Positions 49,557 through 59,247 are shown, counted from the stretch's first letter. The stretch is DNA of 64,000 bases from an uncultured Ruminococcus sp. (GCA_947178575.1 CAMWYX010000002.1:32543-96542), one strand, 5' to 3'. The notes: a model not told the origin generated them from the sequence alone. A program made the numbers and translations.

Positions 49557-50816
49557 TTGCAGGATTTTATTATTACGGGTGGAAACCGCCTCAGCGGTGA
49601 AATTACCCTTCAGGGAAGCAAAAACAGCACTCTTCCTATTATGGCAGGTGCATTTCTGGTGAACGGAAAATGTACTCTGCTTAACTGTCCTAAACTGACT
49701 GATGTATATTCGGCATCAAGGATTTTGAATTGTCTCGGAAGTATATGTCGTCTTAAAAACAACTGCGCAGAAATTGATTCCACTGCCGTTTCGGACAGCG
49801 TGATACCGGAAAATCTCATGCGTGAAATGCGTTCTTCAATTATGTTCATGGGTGCAATACTCGGCCGTATGGGAGAATGTACGGTGAGTATCCCCGGCGG
49901 TTGTGAACTCGGCCCTCGTCCGATTGATATGCATCTTACAGCATTATCAAAAATGGGTGCTGAGATTACAGACCGGCATGGAAAGATATTCTGCAAAATC
50001 CCTGACGGCAGGGCGAGGGGCGCACGTATATCGTTATCCTTTCCGTCTGTGGGAGCTACGGAAAATATAATTCTTTGTGCCGTTCTTGCCGACGGAGAAA
50101 CAGTAATAAACAATGCCGCCCGTGAGCCCGAAATCTGCGATTTGTGCGGATTTCTGCGTTCATGCGGAGCTAAAATAAAAGGCGACGGCGAAAGCAGAAT
50201 TATTATCGAGGGTGTACGTGAACTTCACAGCTGTGAATATACCGTGATGCCGGACAGAATCGCCGGAGCTACTTATCTTTCCATGACAGCTGCCACCGGC
50301 GGTGAGATTATACTCAAAAATGCGTGTATAGCCGAAACAGAACCGTTTATATCAGTTCTGGAGCAGACAGGGTGCAGAATTTATTCCGCAGATAACAGAA
50401 TATATATCCGCAGAATCGGACGGCTTAAATCTGTAAAAGACAGAATACGTACTATGCCTCACCCCGGTTTTCCGACCGATGCACAGGCCGTTCTGATGGC
50501 GGCACTCGTAACGGCTGACGGCACAAGCGTGTTTGAGGAAAATATTTTTGACTGCCGTTACCGGCATACAGACGCACTTATAAAAATGGGTGCGGATATA
50601 CAGGTAATGGGTAAAGCCGCAGTAATACGTGGAGTTCCAAGACTTCACGGAGCCGAAATAGAAGCTACTGATTTGCGGGGCGGTGCGGCAATGGCAGTCG
50701 CTGCACTCGCTGCAGAGGGTATTACAAAACTCAGCTGTATATCACATATTGACAGAGGATATGAAAATTTCGAGAAGATTATTTCTGCTGTCGGCGGAAA
50801 AATACGCAGAGAATAA
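49557..50816 (+). CDS. murA: UDP-N-acetylglucosamine 1-carboxyvinyltransferase
   Basis: ITLQGSKNS and the GGCELGPRPIDMH active-site Cys loop. The start is uncertain: TTG 49557 after GAGGTG, or GTG 49548. Confidence 0.88.
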   Translation: MQDFIITGGNRLSGEITLQGSKNSTLPIMAGAFLVNGKCTLLNCPKLTDVYSASRILNCLGSICRLKNNCAEIDSTAVSDSVIPENLMREMRSSIMFMGAILGRMGECTVSIPGGCELGPRPIDMHLTALSKMGAEITDRHGKIFCKIPDGRARGARISLSFPSVGATENIILCAVLADGETVINNAAREPEICDLCGFLRSCGAKIKGDGESRIIIEGVRELHSCEYTVMPDRIAGATYLSMTAATGGEIILKNACIAETEPFISVLEQTGCRIYSADNRIYIRRIGRLKSVKDRIRTMPHPGFPTDAQAVLMAALVTADGTSVFEENIFDCRYRHTDALIKMGADIQVMGKAAVIRGVPRLHGAEIEATDLRGGAAMAVAALAAEGITKLSCISHIDRGYENFEKIISAVGGKIRRE

Positions 50817-50833
50817 CTATCGGGAGGAGAAAT

Positions 50834-51691
50834 ATGAACGACGTTGAAAAGACAAATATAGAAAGAAAAAACAGCGGAAAACGTATGCGGCGCAGACGGC
50901 GTATGATGAGCATATATGCCGTTATAGTCATATTTCTGGTTGTTTCCGTCGGCATAGTGGTGTGTTTTACGTTTCTGTTCAATGCCGACGAAATTATTGT
51001 ATCAGGCGAATCGCTGACCTATACTTCACAGCAAATTGTCGAAGCCTCCGGAATAAAGGCCGGAGATAATCTGCTAAGGCTGAAATGTAAATCTGCCGAA
51101 AAAAATATACTCGAAGAATTACGCTATGTGGAAACAGCAACCGTTGAACGGGATTTCCCCTCAACTATAAGAATAAATGTTACACGTTGTATTCCGGCAT
51201 ATAATATCAGATATGATACGGGCGTTCTCCTCGTGAGCAGAAAAGGCAAAATACTCGAAAACGGTACAACATATAAAGACGTGGAAAATATTCCCGTTAT
51301 CTATGGCTTTGAACCCGAAATAACAGAGCCGGGAATGCAGCTTTCTTCAAAAAACAGCAGAAAATTTGAAGCGTTTAATCAGATAATAAGCCGTTTCGAC
51401 AGGGATAATAATGAACAGATTGCAACTATCGACCTGACAAACGAATATGATATAGTAGTTACATATCGTAATGACCTCGTTTTCAAAATGGGAAACTGGA
51501 ACGATGTGGATTATAAACTTGACCTCGCACAGAGTGTCATGAATGACGAATCTATTGTGGGAAAGTCCGGAACGCTTGTAATGGTCGGCACAAATCAGTG
51601 CAGTTTCCGAAATAACTATAACGAAAGAAAAGAACCGGCGTCAGCTCCGGCACAGGAATCCCCGACAGTTCAGGACGGCAATAATGCATAA
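50834..51691 (+). CDS. ftsQ: cell division protein FtsQ/DivIB
   Basis: Arg-rich N-terminus, one TM segment, then a POTRA-like region (IIVSGESLTYTSQQIVEASGIKAGDNLL). Confidence 0.8.
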   Translation: MNDVEKTNIERKNSGKRMRRRRRMMSIYAVIVIFLVVSVGIVVCFTFLFNADEIIVSGESLTYTSQQIVEASGIKAGDNLLRLKCKSAEKNILEELRYVETATVERDFPSTIRINVTRCIPAYNIRYDTGVLLVSRKGKILENGTTYKDVENIPVIYGFEPEITEPGMQLSSKNSRKFEAFNQIISRFDRDNNEQIATIDLTNEYDIVVTYRNDLVFKMGNWNDVDYKLDLAQSVMNDESIVGKSGTLVMVGTNQCSFRNNYNERKEPASAPAQESPTVQDGNNA

Positions 51692-51799
51692 ATGCTATAC
51701 ATATTTTGGTATGTGTTGTATCGGATTTGTGAAAATATAGTGGGTTAAATGATATTGGTTTGTGCAAAATGCAGAAAATAAAAAAAATTTTTGTTTGAC

Positions 51800-51828
51800 T
51801 TGCAATAGTCGGCGAAATGTGATAAAAT
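51800..51828 (+). promoter_or_regulatory. candidate promoter for ftsZ
   Basis: TTGCAA, 17-nt spacer, TGaTAAAAT extended -10. Would give a ~215-nt ftsZ leader. Confidence 0.35.
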
Positions 51829-52049
51829 AATAGGTGTATTGTGGCTTGTTTTTGTTCAGAGCTTGTGTTCGCAGAAATTGTATTCCGGTTTTTGAATGGA
51901 ATTTTTGTGATAACAAAACGGAAAACATCAATGTATTTCCGTATTACAGGTTTTTCTGTGCAGTCAGCGGAAATTTTTTCCGGTGTGATGTGCATGATGT
52001 TCTGTTGATGCAAGCTCTCAGCAAGGATTAAAATAGGAGGAGTTTCAAA

Positions 52050-53168
52050 ATGTCAGATTTTAATTACGAAGAAGCAATGGAACCCGATGTTAATATAAAG
52101 GTCATAGGTGTCGGCGGCGGCGGCGGAAATGCTGTCAACTGTATGGTGGAATCAGGTGTCAGCAATATCGAGTATATTGCAGTCAATACAGATGCCAAGG
52201 CTCTCAATAAGTCAAAGGCTACCACAAGAATCCCAATCGGTGCAAAGCTCACCAAGGGCAGAGGTGCAGGAAATAAACCCGAAATCGGTCAGAAAAGTGC
52301 AGAAGAGAACAGAGATGAAATAGAAGCTCATCTCAAAGGCGCAGACATGATTTTCATTACCGCCGGAATGGGCGGCGGAACAGGTACGGGTGCTGCTCCG
52401 GTTGTCGCTAAAATAGCCAAGGAAATGGATATTCTTACCGTTGCTGTTGTTACAAAGCCTTTCCTTTTCGAGAGAGAACAAAAAATGGCTCAGGCTGAAA
52501 AAGGTATCACCGAACTCAGAAAGTATGTTGACTCCCTTATCGTTATCCCGAATGAAAAACTCCTTGAGGGTAAACAATCTCTCACTATGAAGCAGTCATT
52601 CTCACTTTCAGATGATATTCTCAAAACCGGTGTAAAGAGTATTTCAGACCTCATTGTCGAGGAAGGTTACATAAATCTCGATTTCGCAGATGTTTCAACT
52701 ATAATGAGAGGTGCAGGATATGCCCATATGGCTATCGGTCACGGTTCCGGCAAGGACAAGGCAAAAGAAGCCGCAAATGCTGTAATCTCCAGCCCGCTCC
52801 TCGAAACATCTATCTCAGGCGCAAAGAGACTTCTTATAAATATCGCTATGTCGGAAGATATTCTTTCTTCTGATGTCGATGCTGCTACAAAGATGATTAC
52901 CGATACCGCTGCTAATGATGTTGAATTTATCTTCGGTACAGCTTTCAAAGAAGATATGCAGGATGAGATGACTATTACCGTAATTGCCGCAGGGTTCGAT
53001 GACCCAAATGCTCCTCCTCAGCCAGAACCCGCTCCTGTTGAGGAAAATGTTATCAAAATCGATAATCCGCTTATCGATAATAATGTGAGAACAAATAATA
53101 ATTCTATGCCGAGACAGCAGGCTCCGGATTACGATTTGGACGATATTCTCAAAATCCTCGGAAGCTGA
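52050..53168 (+). CDS. ftsZ: cell division GTPase FtsZ
   Basis: [15 protein letters not shown] and [13 protein letters not shown] tubulin signature. C-terminal DDILKIL peptide. Confidence 0.98.
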   Translation: MSDFNYEEAMEPDVNIKVIGVGGGGGNAVNCMVESGVSNIEYIAVNTDAKALNKSKATTRIPIGAKLTKGRGAGNKPEIGQKSAEENRDEIEAHLKGADMIFITAGMGGGTGTGAAPVVAKIAKEMDILTVAVVTKPFLFEREQKMAQAEKGITELRKYVDSLIVIPNEKLLEGKQSLTMKQSFSLSDDILKTGVKSISDLIVEEGYINLDFADVSTIMRGAGYAHMAIGHGSGKDKAKEAANAVISSPLLETSISGAKRLLINIAMSEDILSSDVDAATKMITDTAANDVEFIFGTAFKEDMQDEMTITVIAAGFDDPNAPPQPEPAPVEENVIKIDNPLIDNNVRTNNNSMPRQQAPDYDLDDILKILGS

Positions 53169-53197
53169 AAACTTATCGAAATTTAAACTGATATAAC

Positions 53198-53230
53198 GAC
53201 GGCTACTTAAAACAGCCGTCTGTTTTTTTG
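53198..53230 (+). terminator. intrinsic terminator after ftsZ
   Basis: GACGGCT / AGCCGTC stem followed by TGTTTTTTT. Confidence 0.8.
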
Positions 53231-53280
53231 TTTGTTCAAATGTACTAAATCTGAACACAAAAATTCTACTATTTCGACGG

Positions 53281-53309
53281 TTGAATGATTGTAAAAAATG
53301 TGATATAAT
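53281..53309 (+). promoter_or_regulatory. sigma-A-type promoter for the coiled-coil gene
   Basis: TTGAAT, 17-nt spacer, TGaTATAAT. Confidence 0.6.
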
Positions 53310-53373
53310 TATTGTAAGGCATTTTGTCAGAATAATTATCCGCATACGTTATGCGGGGAACGGAGTATTGTAC

Positions 53374-54936
53374 ATGGAACAGCCAAGTATTCTGAGAGAA
53401 ACCAAAGGTCTTCAGCAAGGTTTCGTCAAGGAAGATGTCCTTACTTATCTTGATGAACTGAATTCCAAAATATTGTCTCTCGAAAAAGAACTCAAAGAAA
53501 AAAGCGGTCAGAAACCTGCCGACCCTCAGGAACTCGTTAAGTACAGAACTCAGGTCGATAATCTTCAGGAAAAACTGAACGCCTCAAATAATGCTCTCAG
53601 AGCCGTTAAAAAAGAAAATGATGAGCTTAAAAATCAGATTGAAGCCATAAAGAAAGCCGGCGGCGGTGCAGTTGTCGAAAATCCACAGACTAAAGCGGAT
53701 TTGGAATCTGCTAAAAAAGAAATCGAAACTCTCCGCACACAGCTGAAAAATTCTGCTCAGGGAAATTCCGGTCAGGCTCAGGCTGCTGTGGAAGTCGCTA
53801 AAAAAGAAATCGACAAACTCAGAGCTCAGCTTAAAGAATCAGAACAGAAAGCCGTCGCTGCACAGCAGAGAGCTGCCGAAGCAGAGAAAAAAGCCGTATC
53901 TGCACCTTCTGATTCTGCCGGAAATCCGGATAATTCCGCTGAACTCGCCAAAACTAAACAGGAACTCGCTAAACTTACTGCCGAACTTAAGGCTAAAACC
54001 GCAGAACTTGACACTGTAAGCAAAGAATCTGCTGCCAAAGATACAACTATCTCAAAGCTTTCAAAGGAAAATGAATCTTCTGCAAAGAAAGACGATGAAA
54101 TTGCTTCTCTTAATGCCGAAATAGAAAGTCTTAACAAGGAAATCGCCGAACTCAGAAACAGTGTAAATAATCCGGTCGCTCTCATGGGTTCGATGTTCAC
54201 CGAGGCACAGAAAACAGTTAATAACCTCAAGGCTCAGGCGGAAAAAGAAGCCTCTGAAACTACAAGGGCTGCCAAGGAAAAAGCCGATGCTGTTGTCAGT
54301 GAGGCTAAAGCAACCGCCGATAAGACTATTAAAGAAGCTAACGCCGCTGCCGATAAAACTATCAAAGAAGCTAATGCCACTGCCGATAAAACTGTCAGAG
54401 AGGCTAATGCCCTTGCTAAGACTACTGTCGATGAAGCAAATTCCAAAGCCGGAAAGATAAATGAAATGTCCTCAACGGTTCGCTCGATGCTTTCCAATGA
54501 AATCGAGGGCGTAAATCGTCAGTTCAGAAGCCTTTCTGAAGCTATTCAGAATCTTGCCGGTCAGACTTCCGAAAGAATGAAAGAAGCTCAGACAATAATC
54601 GGTGAAGCTAAAAAAGTCATTGAACCAAATGACAACAATACTGTTAAACTTGCAGAAGTTCCGACAGCTTCTGCTCCGAAAGCAGAGACATCTAAGGCAG
54701 ATTCTCCTGTTTCCGCTAACCAGTTCGCAAATGTCGCAGGCGGTTCATACAATAGGGATTCAGCTCCGGCAGGTTTAAACAGCAGTAAGCCGGTATCATC
54801 TAAGCCGTCTCCAGCACCTGTTCCGGCTAAGGAAGCTCCAAAGCCGGCTGTAAAAAAGCCTGTAAGCAATTTTAATTTTGATATGTCAGACCTTTTAAAA
54901 GAGGCTGAAGAAGCAGCAAGAGGTCAGCAGTCTTAA
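53374..54936 (+). CDS. long coiled-coil protein with a DivIVA-like N-terminal motif and 11-residue repeats
   Basis: N-terminus GFVKEDVLTYLDELNSKI resembles the DivIVA-domain pattern. About 400 aa of Ala/Lys/Glu heptad-like sequence and a Pro/Ser/Ala-rich tail. Start moved to ATG 53374. Confidence 0.6.
   Translation: MEQPSILRETKGLQQGFVKEDVLTYLDELNSKILSLEKELKEKSGQKPADPQELVKYRTQVDNLQEKLNASNNALRAVKKENDELKNQIEAIKKAGGGAVVENPQTKADLESAKKEIETLRTQLKNSAQGNSGQAQAAVEVAKKEIDKLRAQLKESEQKAVAAQQRAAEAEKKAVSAPSDSAGNPDNSAELAKTKQELAKLTAELKAKTAELDTVSKESAAKDTTISKLSKENESSAKKDDEIASLNAEIESLNKEIAELRNSVNNPVALMGSMFTEAQKTVNNLKAQAEKEASETTRAAKEKADAVVSEAKATADKTIKEANAAADKTIKEANATADKTVREANALAKTTVDEANSKAGKINEMSSTVRSMLSNEIEGVNRQFRSLSEAIQNLAGQTSERMKEAQTIIGEAKKVIEPNDNNTVKLAEVPTASAPKAETSKADSPVSANQFANVAGGSYNRDSAPAGLNSSKPVSSKPSPAPVPAKEAPKPAVKKPVSNFNFDMSDLLKEAEEAARGQQS
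54316..54414 (+). repeat. three tandem 33-nt coding repeats (ADKT[IV][KR]EANA units)
   Basis: Units at 54316-54348, 54349-54381 and 54382-54414 differ at only a few positions. Confidence 0.85.
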
Positions 54937-54951
54937 AAAATATCGTCACTT

Positions 54952-54979
54952 TCACTTGCTGTCATCACACAGCGAGTGA
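54952..54979 (+). terminator. terminator-like hairpin without a U-tract after the coiled-coil gene
   Basis: 11-bp stem TCACTTGCTGT / ACAGCGAGTGA (one G-U pair). The tail is not T-rich. Confidence 0.35.
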
Positions 54980-54995
54980 AGACCAATAAATCTGC

Positions 54996-55024
54996 TTGAC
55001 AAAATTAAGCGTCTGTGATATAAT
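54996..55024 (+). promoter_or_regulatory. consensus sigma-A promoter upstream of a long leader
   Basis: TTGACA, 17-nt spacer, TGaTATAAT. Confidence 0.7.
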
Positions 55025-55030
55025 TAAGGA

Positions 55031-55295
55031 AGGTTTAAAAAAGCTGTCCGTAAAACAGCAGTACCGCAGGAACTGCGGAAAGGGTTCGCCTCATAAAAAA
55101 CCCATAGCCTTGGAAACTGATGCCTGTAAAATACAATCCTTTTCAGGTTAGACAGATGAAAGGAAACCCGTCGGATTTTAATGACGGGTAGTTCCACATG
55201 ACCGTGTAGCTTAATTTAAAAGCACTGTCTCGTCAGGCAGATATATCGGTGTGAATCCGGTCATGGTACTAAACTTGAAGTGAGGTAAAAAAATT
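55031..55295 (+). ncRNA. ~265-nt structured 5' leader or unclassified RNA upstream of the zinc-ribbon gene
   Basis: No ORF with an RBS. Hairpins at 55043-55059, 55064-55078 and 55167-55188. An 8-bp pairing of CATGACCG (55197-55204) with CGGTCATG (55258-55265) encloses a further hairpin. Confidence 0.4.
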
Positions 55296-55571
55296 ATGTA
55301 TGAAGACAAGACATTAGTCTGCAAGGAATGCGGAAATGAATTCGTTTTTACAGCAGGCGAACAGGAATTTTATGCAGAAAAAGGACTTGTACATGAACCA
55401 CAGAGATGTAAGCCCTGTCGTGATGCAAGAAAAAATGCCGGCAGAGGCGAGCGTGTAATGTATACAGGCGTGTGTGCTACCTGTGGCGGAGAGGCAAAAG
55501 TTCCTTTCGAGCCTAAGGACGGCAGACCGGTTTATTGTAGTTCTTGCTTTGCTAAGCTCAATGAAGATTGA
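55296..55571 (+). CDS. zinc-ribbon protein with a C-terminal CxxC-x17-CxxC domain
   Basis: CKEC..x..CKPC N-terminal ribbon. C-terminal CATC, exactly 17 residues, then CSSC. Confidence 0.7.
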   Translation: MYEDKTLVCKECGNEFVFTAGEQEFYAEKGLVHEPQRCKPCRDARKNAGRGERVMYTGVCATCGGEAKVPFEPKDGRPVYCSSCFAKLNED

Positions 55572-55745
55572 TTAACCGGCGGATTTCGTTCTGTTGACGT
55601 AATCTGCTTGGCATAATTTGTATTTGTTTCAATGGGTGTCCCTCTGCAATGCAGGGAGATGCCCGAATTGAACAGATATTTTTTGTATTAAGGCAGAAAG
55701 CGGACTATATCCGTAATCTGCACCAAGTATGAAAGGAAGTCTTTT

Positions 55746-55949
55746 ATGGAAATTACCAAAAATACTATTATCGGCGATATTCTTGACGCTGATTTTGAAG
55801 TTGCTCCTTATTTCCTCGAAATGGGTATGCACTGTCTCGGTTGTCCGGCATCAAGAGGAGAGTCTATCGAGGAAGCCTGTGCGGTTCACGGCACAGACCC
55901 CGAAGAACTCGTTGCAAAACTCAACGAGCATTTTACAAAAAAAGCGTAA
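55746..55949 (+). CDS. DUF1858 / hybrid-cluster-protein-associated redox disulfide domain protein
   Basis: 67 aa. The FLEMGMHCLGCPASRGESIEEACAVHG motif is characteristic of this family. Confidence 0.8.
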   Translation: MEITKNTIIGDILDADFEVAPYFLEMGMHCLGCPASRGESIEEACAVHGTDPEELVAKLNEHFTKKA

Positions 55950-56005
55950 GTAATTTTACGGCGTGTCGTGAGTCGGCACGCTGAATTTTTTGATTGGAGA
56001 ATTAT

Positions 56006-57454
56006 ATGCTTGATAAAAGACTTGAACTATGTGCAGAAATGGTAAGCGGTAAAGGAATCGTCTGTGACGTCGGCACTGACCACGGATATCTCGCTGTTGA
56101 ACTCATAAAATCAGGGAAATGTGAAAAGGTTATCGCTTCCGATATAAATCCGAAACCGCTTGACTCGGCACGGAAAAATATCGAAAAATACGGCGTTTCT
56201 GATAAAGTTGAACTCGTACTTTCGGACGGACTGGAAAATATAAATCTCAACGGCGTAACTGATATAGTAATCGCCGGAATGGGCGGTGAGACTATTATTA
56301 AAGTTCTTGAAAATTGTATTTTCAGTTCACATGGTAGTATCAGATATATTCTTCAGCCTATGACAAAGCCTGAAATTCTTAGAAAATGGCTTTGTAAACA
56401 TGAATTTCAGAATTTATCAGAAAAAGCAGTTGAGGACAGAGGAAAAATTTATACTGTTATATGTGCGGATTACAAATCAACAGATTGTGAATCAGATATG
56501 TCTGAGCTTACAGAAATTGAATCCATCAGAGGTTTTTTTGCACATGATGATAAAACAGGTAAGAAATATCGTCAGCAAAAAGCAGAAAGTCTTGTGAAAG
56601 CAAGTGAATCACTTGAGAAGTCAGGCAGAATTGATGAGGCTGTGCATTATTCTGCATTGAGCAGAAAACTTGTCGAGGGTACTGAATATAAAAGCATCAG
56701 AGAAATATATAACTTCCTTGATGAAAAATATCCGTTTTCCTTGCAGGAACAGTGGGATAATTCGGGACTTCTTGTAGACAGAATTTCAAAGTGTTCAGGA
56801 ATACTTCTTGCACTTGATATTACAAATGACGTTATAACAGAAGCAATACACAAAGGAACAGATTTGATAATCTCACATCACCCTGTAATTTTTCACCCGC
56901 TGAAAAAAATAGTTTTTATGAATCCTGTTTACAGACTCATACAACATAATATAGGTGCAATCTGTATGCATACAAATCTTGATATTGCAGAGGGCGGAAC
57001 TAATACGACTATAGTCAGAAAAATAGCGGAACGTTTTGAAATCGAACTGACTGAACCACTGGAGGACAGCGGACTTGGTTATATAATTGAGTTTGAAAAT
57101 CCTCATGATATTGATGAACTTGCAGATATTTTCAAGAAAATTTTCAGTATTGACCGTATAAGGGTGAGCAGTTCCGGCAGAAAAATTATATCAAGACTTG
57201 CAGTTTGTTCAGGTTCGGGCGGTTCACTTCTCGGACTTGCAAGGGAAAAAGACTGTGATGCACTTCTGACAGGCGATGTCAAGCATGATGTCTGGATAGA
57301 TGCAAATAATAGTTATATGACTGTTTTTGACTGCGGTCATTTCCATATAGAAAATATTGTTCTGTGGGAGCTCAGACGTGTGCTTGAAGAAAAATTCCCT
57401 CTGCTTGATATTGAAATCGCTGACAGTTCTGTTGACCCTTGCATATATCTGTAA
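56006..57454 (+). CDS. trmK: fusion protein: tRNA (adenine22-N1)-methyltransferase TrmK domain plus NIF3/YqfO-like dinuclear-metal domain
   Basis: Residues ~1-160 (of the listed ORF): VCDVGTDHGYLAVEL, ASDINPKPL, IAGMGG. From ~232: PFSLQEQWDNSGLLV, ISHHPVIFHP, MHTNLDIAEGG, GDVKHD. One uninterrupted frame. Confidence 0.8.
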   Translation: MLDKRLELCAEMVSGKGIVCDVGTDHGYLAVELIKSGKCEKVIASDINPKPLDSARKNIEKYGVSDKVELVLSDGLENINLNGVTDIVIAGMGGETIIKVLENCIFSSHGSIRYILQPMTKPEILRKWLCKHEFQNLSEKAVEDRGKIYTVICADYKSTDCESDMSELTEIESIRGFFAHDDKTGKKYRQQKAESLVKASESLEKSGRIDEAVHYSALSRKLVEGTEYKSIREIYNFLDEKYPFSLQEQWDNSGLLVDRISKCSGILLALDITNDVITEAIHKGTDLIISHHPVIFHPLKKIVFMNPVYRLIQHNIGAICMHTNLDIAEGGTNTTIVRKIAERFEIELTEPLEDSGLGYIIEFENPHDIDELADIFKKIFSIDRIRVSSSGRKIISRLAVCSGSGGSLLGLAREKDCDALLTGDVKHDVWIDANNSYMTVFDCGHFHIENIVLWELRRVLEEKFPLLDIEIADSSVDPCIYL

Positions 57455-57477
57455 AAAATTAGTGAAGGAATGATTTT

Positions 57478-59229
57478 ATGGCTCTGGACGGAGCATTTCT
57501 CTACTCAGTAAAAACGGAACTCCAGCCACTTATCGGCGGACGTGTGGAAAAAGTTTCCCAGCCCTCACGTGAGGAAATAATAATATCCATACGCACACGG
57601 CAGGGAAGCCGAAAATTATATATATCGGCAAATGCCGGAAGTGCAAGAGTTCACATAACAAAAAAACAGCCGGATAATCCGCAGACTCCGCCAATGTTCT
57701 GTATGCTTTTAAGGAAACGCCTCGGAAACGGTAAGCTAACATCAATCCGTCAGGACGGTCTTGAACGTATACTCTTCCTTGATTTCGAGTGCGTAAACGA
57801 AATAGGCGATATTGTAACAATAACTCTTGCCTGCGAAATTATGGGACGGTGTTCAAATCTGATTATAATAAACGGCGAGGGTAAAATAATCGACAGTATA
57901 AAGCGTGTTGATGAAGAAATGTCCCGTGAACGCATGGTTCTGCCCGGAATGAAATACACGCTTCCTCCTCGTGACAGCCGTCTGAATTTCCTGACCGCAG
58001 AATCCGAGGATATAATTACAAAAATCCGTGAAACAGGAACGACAGAACTTTCAAAAGGTCTGATACGTGTTTTTGAGGGAATATCGCCGGTTCTTGCAAG
58101 GGAATGGACGTTCTTCGCAGGACGTGGGAATCATCTTCAATGCGATACCGTTGACGGCGACCAGTTGGACAGACTTATTTTTATCATCAAAAGAACTAAA
58201 GAACAGCTTATTAACAATGAATGCTGTTTTTCTGCTGCGAGTACCAAAGAGGGCTTGCTGAAAGATTTTTCGTTTATCCGGCTGAACCAGTTCGGAACGC
58301 TTATGTATACAAAGGAAATTCCCACGGCTTCGGAACTTCTGGATTATTTTTACTATGAAAGAGACCGTGCGGTCAGAACAAAACAGCGTGCCAATGATTT
58401 GTTCAGACTTCTTGTAAATCTTACGGAACGGACGGAAAGACGTATCGGAGTTCAGAAAACAGAACTCGCAGAATGTGCGGAAAAAGAATATTTCAGGCTT
58501 TGCGGTGATGTTATTTCTGCAAATATGTGGCGGATTCGGAAAGGTGATGATTCACTTACTGCCGAAAATTTTTATGAGGAAGACAATCCGGAAATAAAAA
58601 TTGAACTCGATGTCCGGAAAACTCCGTCACAGAATGCACAGTATTATTACAGTGAGTATAAAAAATGTGTGACCGCTGAAGAAAAGCTTGCCGTTCAGAT
58701 TCGGAAAGGTGAGGAGGAACTGCAATATCTTGACAGTGTTTTTGATTCCCTTACACGTGCGGATTCCGAAAATGATATTATTCAGTTAAGACTTGAACTC
58801 CGTGAACAGGGATATATAAAATCCGGCGGAAGCAAGGTAAAGCCTCCGAAAGCACTTCCGCCGATAGAATACAAATCAAGTGACGGATACACGATTCTTG
58901 TCGGCAGAAACAACCGCCAGAATGACCAGCTCACTTTAAAATTCGCCGAAAAATCGGATATATGGCTTCATACTCAGAATATAACGGGTTCTCATGTCAT
59001 TATAGTTACGGACGGCGGAACTCCTCCGGACAGAACAGTTGAAGAAGCTGCGGTAATCGCTGCCGTCAACAGCAAGGGAAGAAATTCCGACCTTGTTCCG
59101 GTTGACTATTGTCTTGCAAGATACGTGAAAAAGCCTTCGGGAGCAAAGCCGGGGAAAGTAATATTCACGAATTACAGCACGGCATTCGTCAGACCCGATT
59201 CCGAACTGGAAAATAAACTGCGTGTATAA
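57478..59229 (+). CDS. rqcH: ribosome quality-control factor RqcH (NFACT family, FbpA/YloA-like)
   Basis: The NFACT-N start MALDGAFLYSVKTEL, coiled-coil middle, and NFACT-R region (DIWLHTQNITGSHVII) match B. subtilis YloA architecture. Confidence 0.85.
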   Translation: MALDGAFLYSVKTELQPLIGGRVEKVSQPSREEIIISIRTRQGSRKLYISANAGSARVHITKKQPDNPQTPPMFCMLLRKRLGNGKLTSIRQDGLERILFLDFECVNEIGDIVTITLACEIMGRCSNLIIINGEGKIIDSIKRVDEEMSRERMVLPGMKYTLPPRDSRLNFLTAESEDIITKIRETGTTELSKGLIRVFEGISPVLAREWTFFAGRGNHLQCDTVDGDQLDRLIFIIKRTKEQLINNECCFSAASTKEGLLKDFSFIRLNQFGTLMYTKEIPTASELLDYFYYERDRAVRTKQRANDLFRLLVNLTERTERRIGVQKTELAECAEKEYFRLCGDVISANMWRIRKGDDSLTAENFYEEDNPEIKIELDVRKTPSQNAQYYYSEYKKCVTAEEKLAVQIRKGEEELQYLDSVFDSLTRADSENDIIQLRLELREQGYIKSGGSKVKPPKALPPIEYKSSDGYTILVGRNNRQNDQLTLKFAEKSDIWLHTQNITGSHVIIVTDGGTPPDRTVEEAAVIAAVNSKGRNSDLVPVDYCLARYVKKPSGAKPGKVIFTNYSTAFVRPDSELENKLRV

Positions 59230-59247
59230 ATCATAAGAGGTGATTTT

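Noticed and set aside
53826-54869. Three minus-strand ORFs (53826-54230, 54234-54497, 54588-54869) rich in Ala/Ser/Leu.
   Set aside because: They are the reverse-complement frames of the GCN/AAR-rich coiled-coil gene. Open frames are expected there by codon composition.
55620-55660. Imperfect hairpin after the zinc-ribbon gene, and the minus-strand ORF 55629-55832.
   Set aside because: The stem is irregular and the T-run is ~15 nt away. The ORF overlaps the well-supported DUF1858 gene on the other strand.
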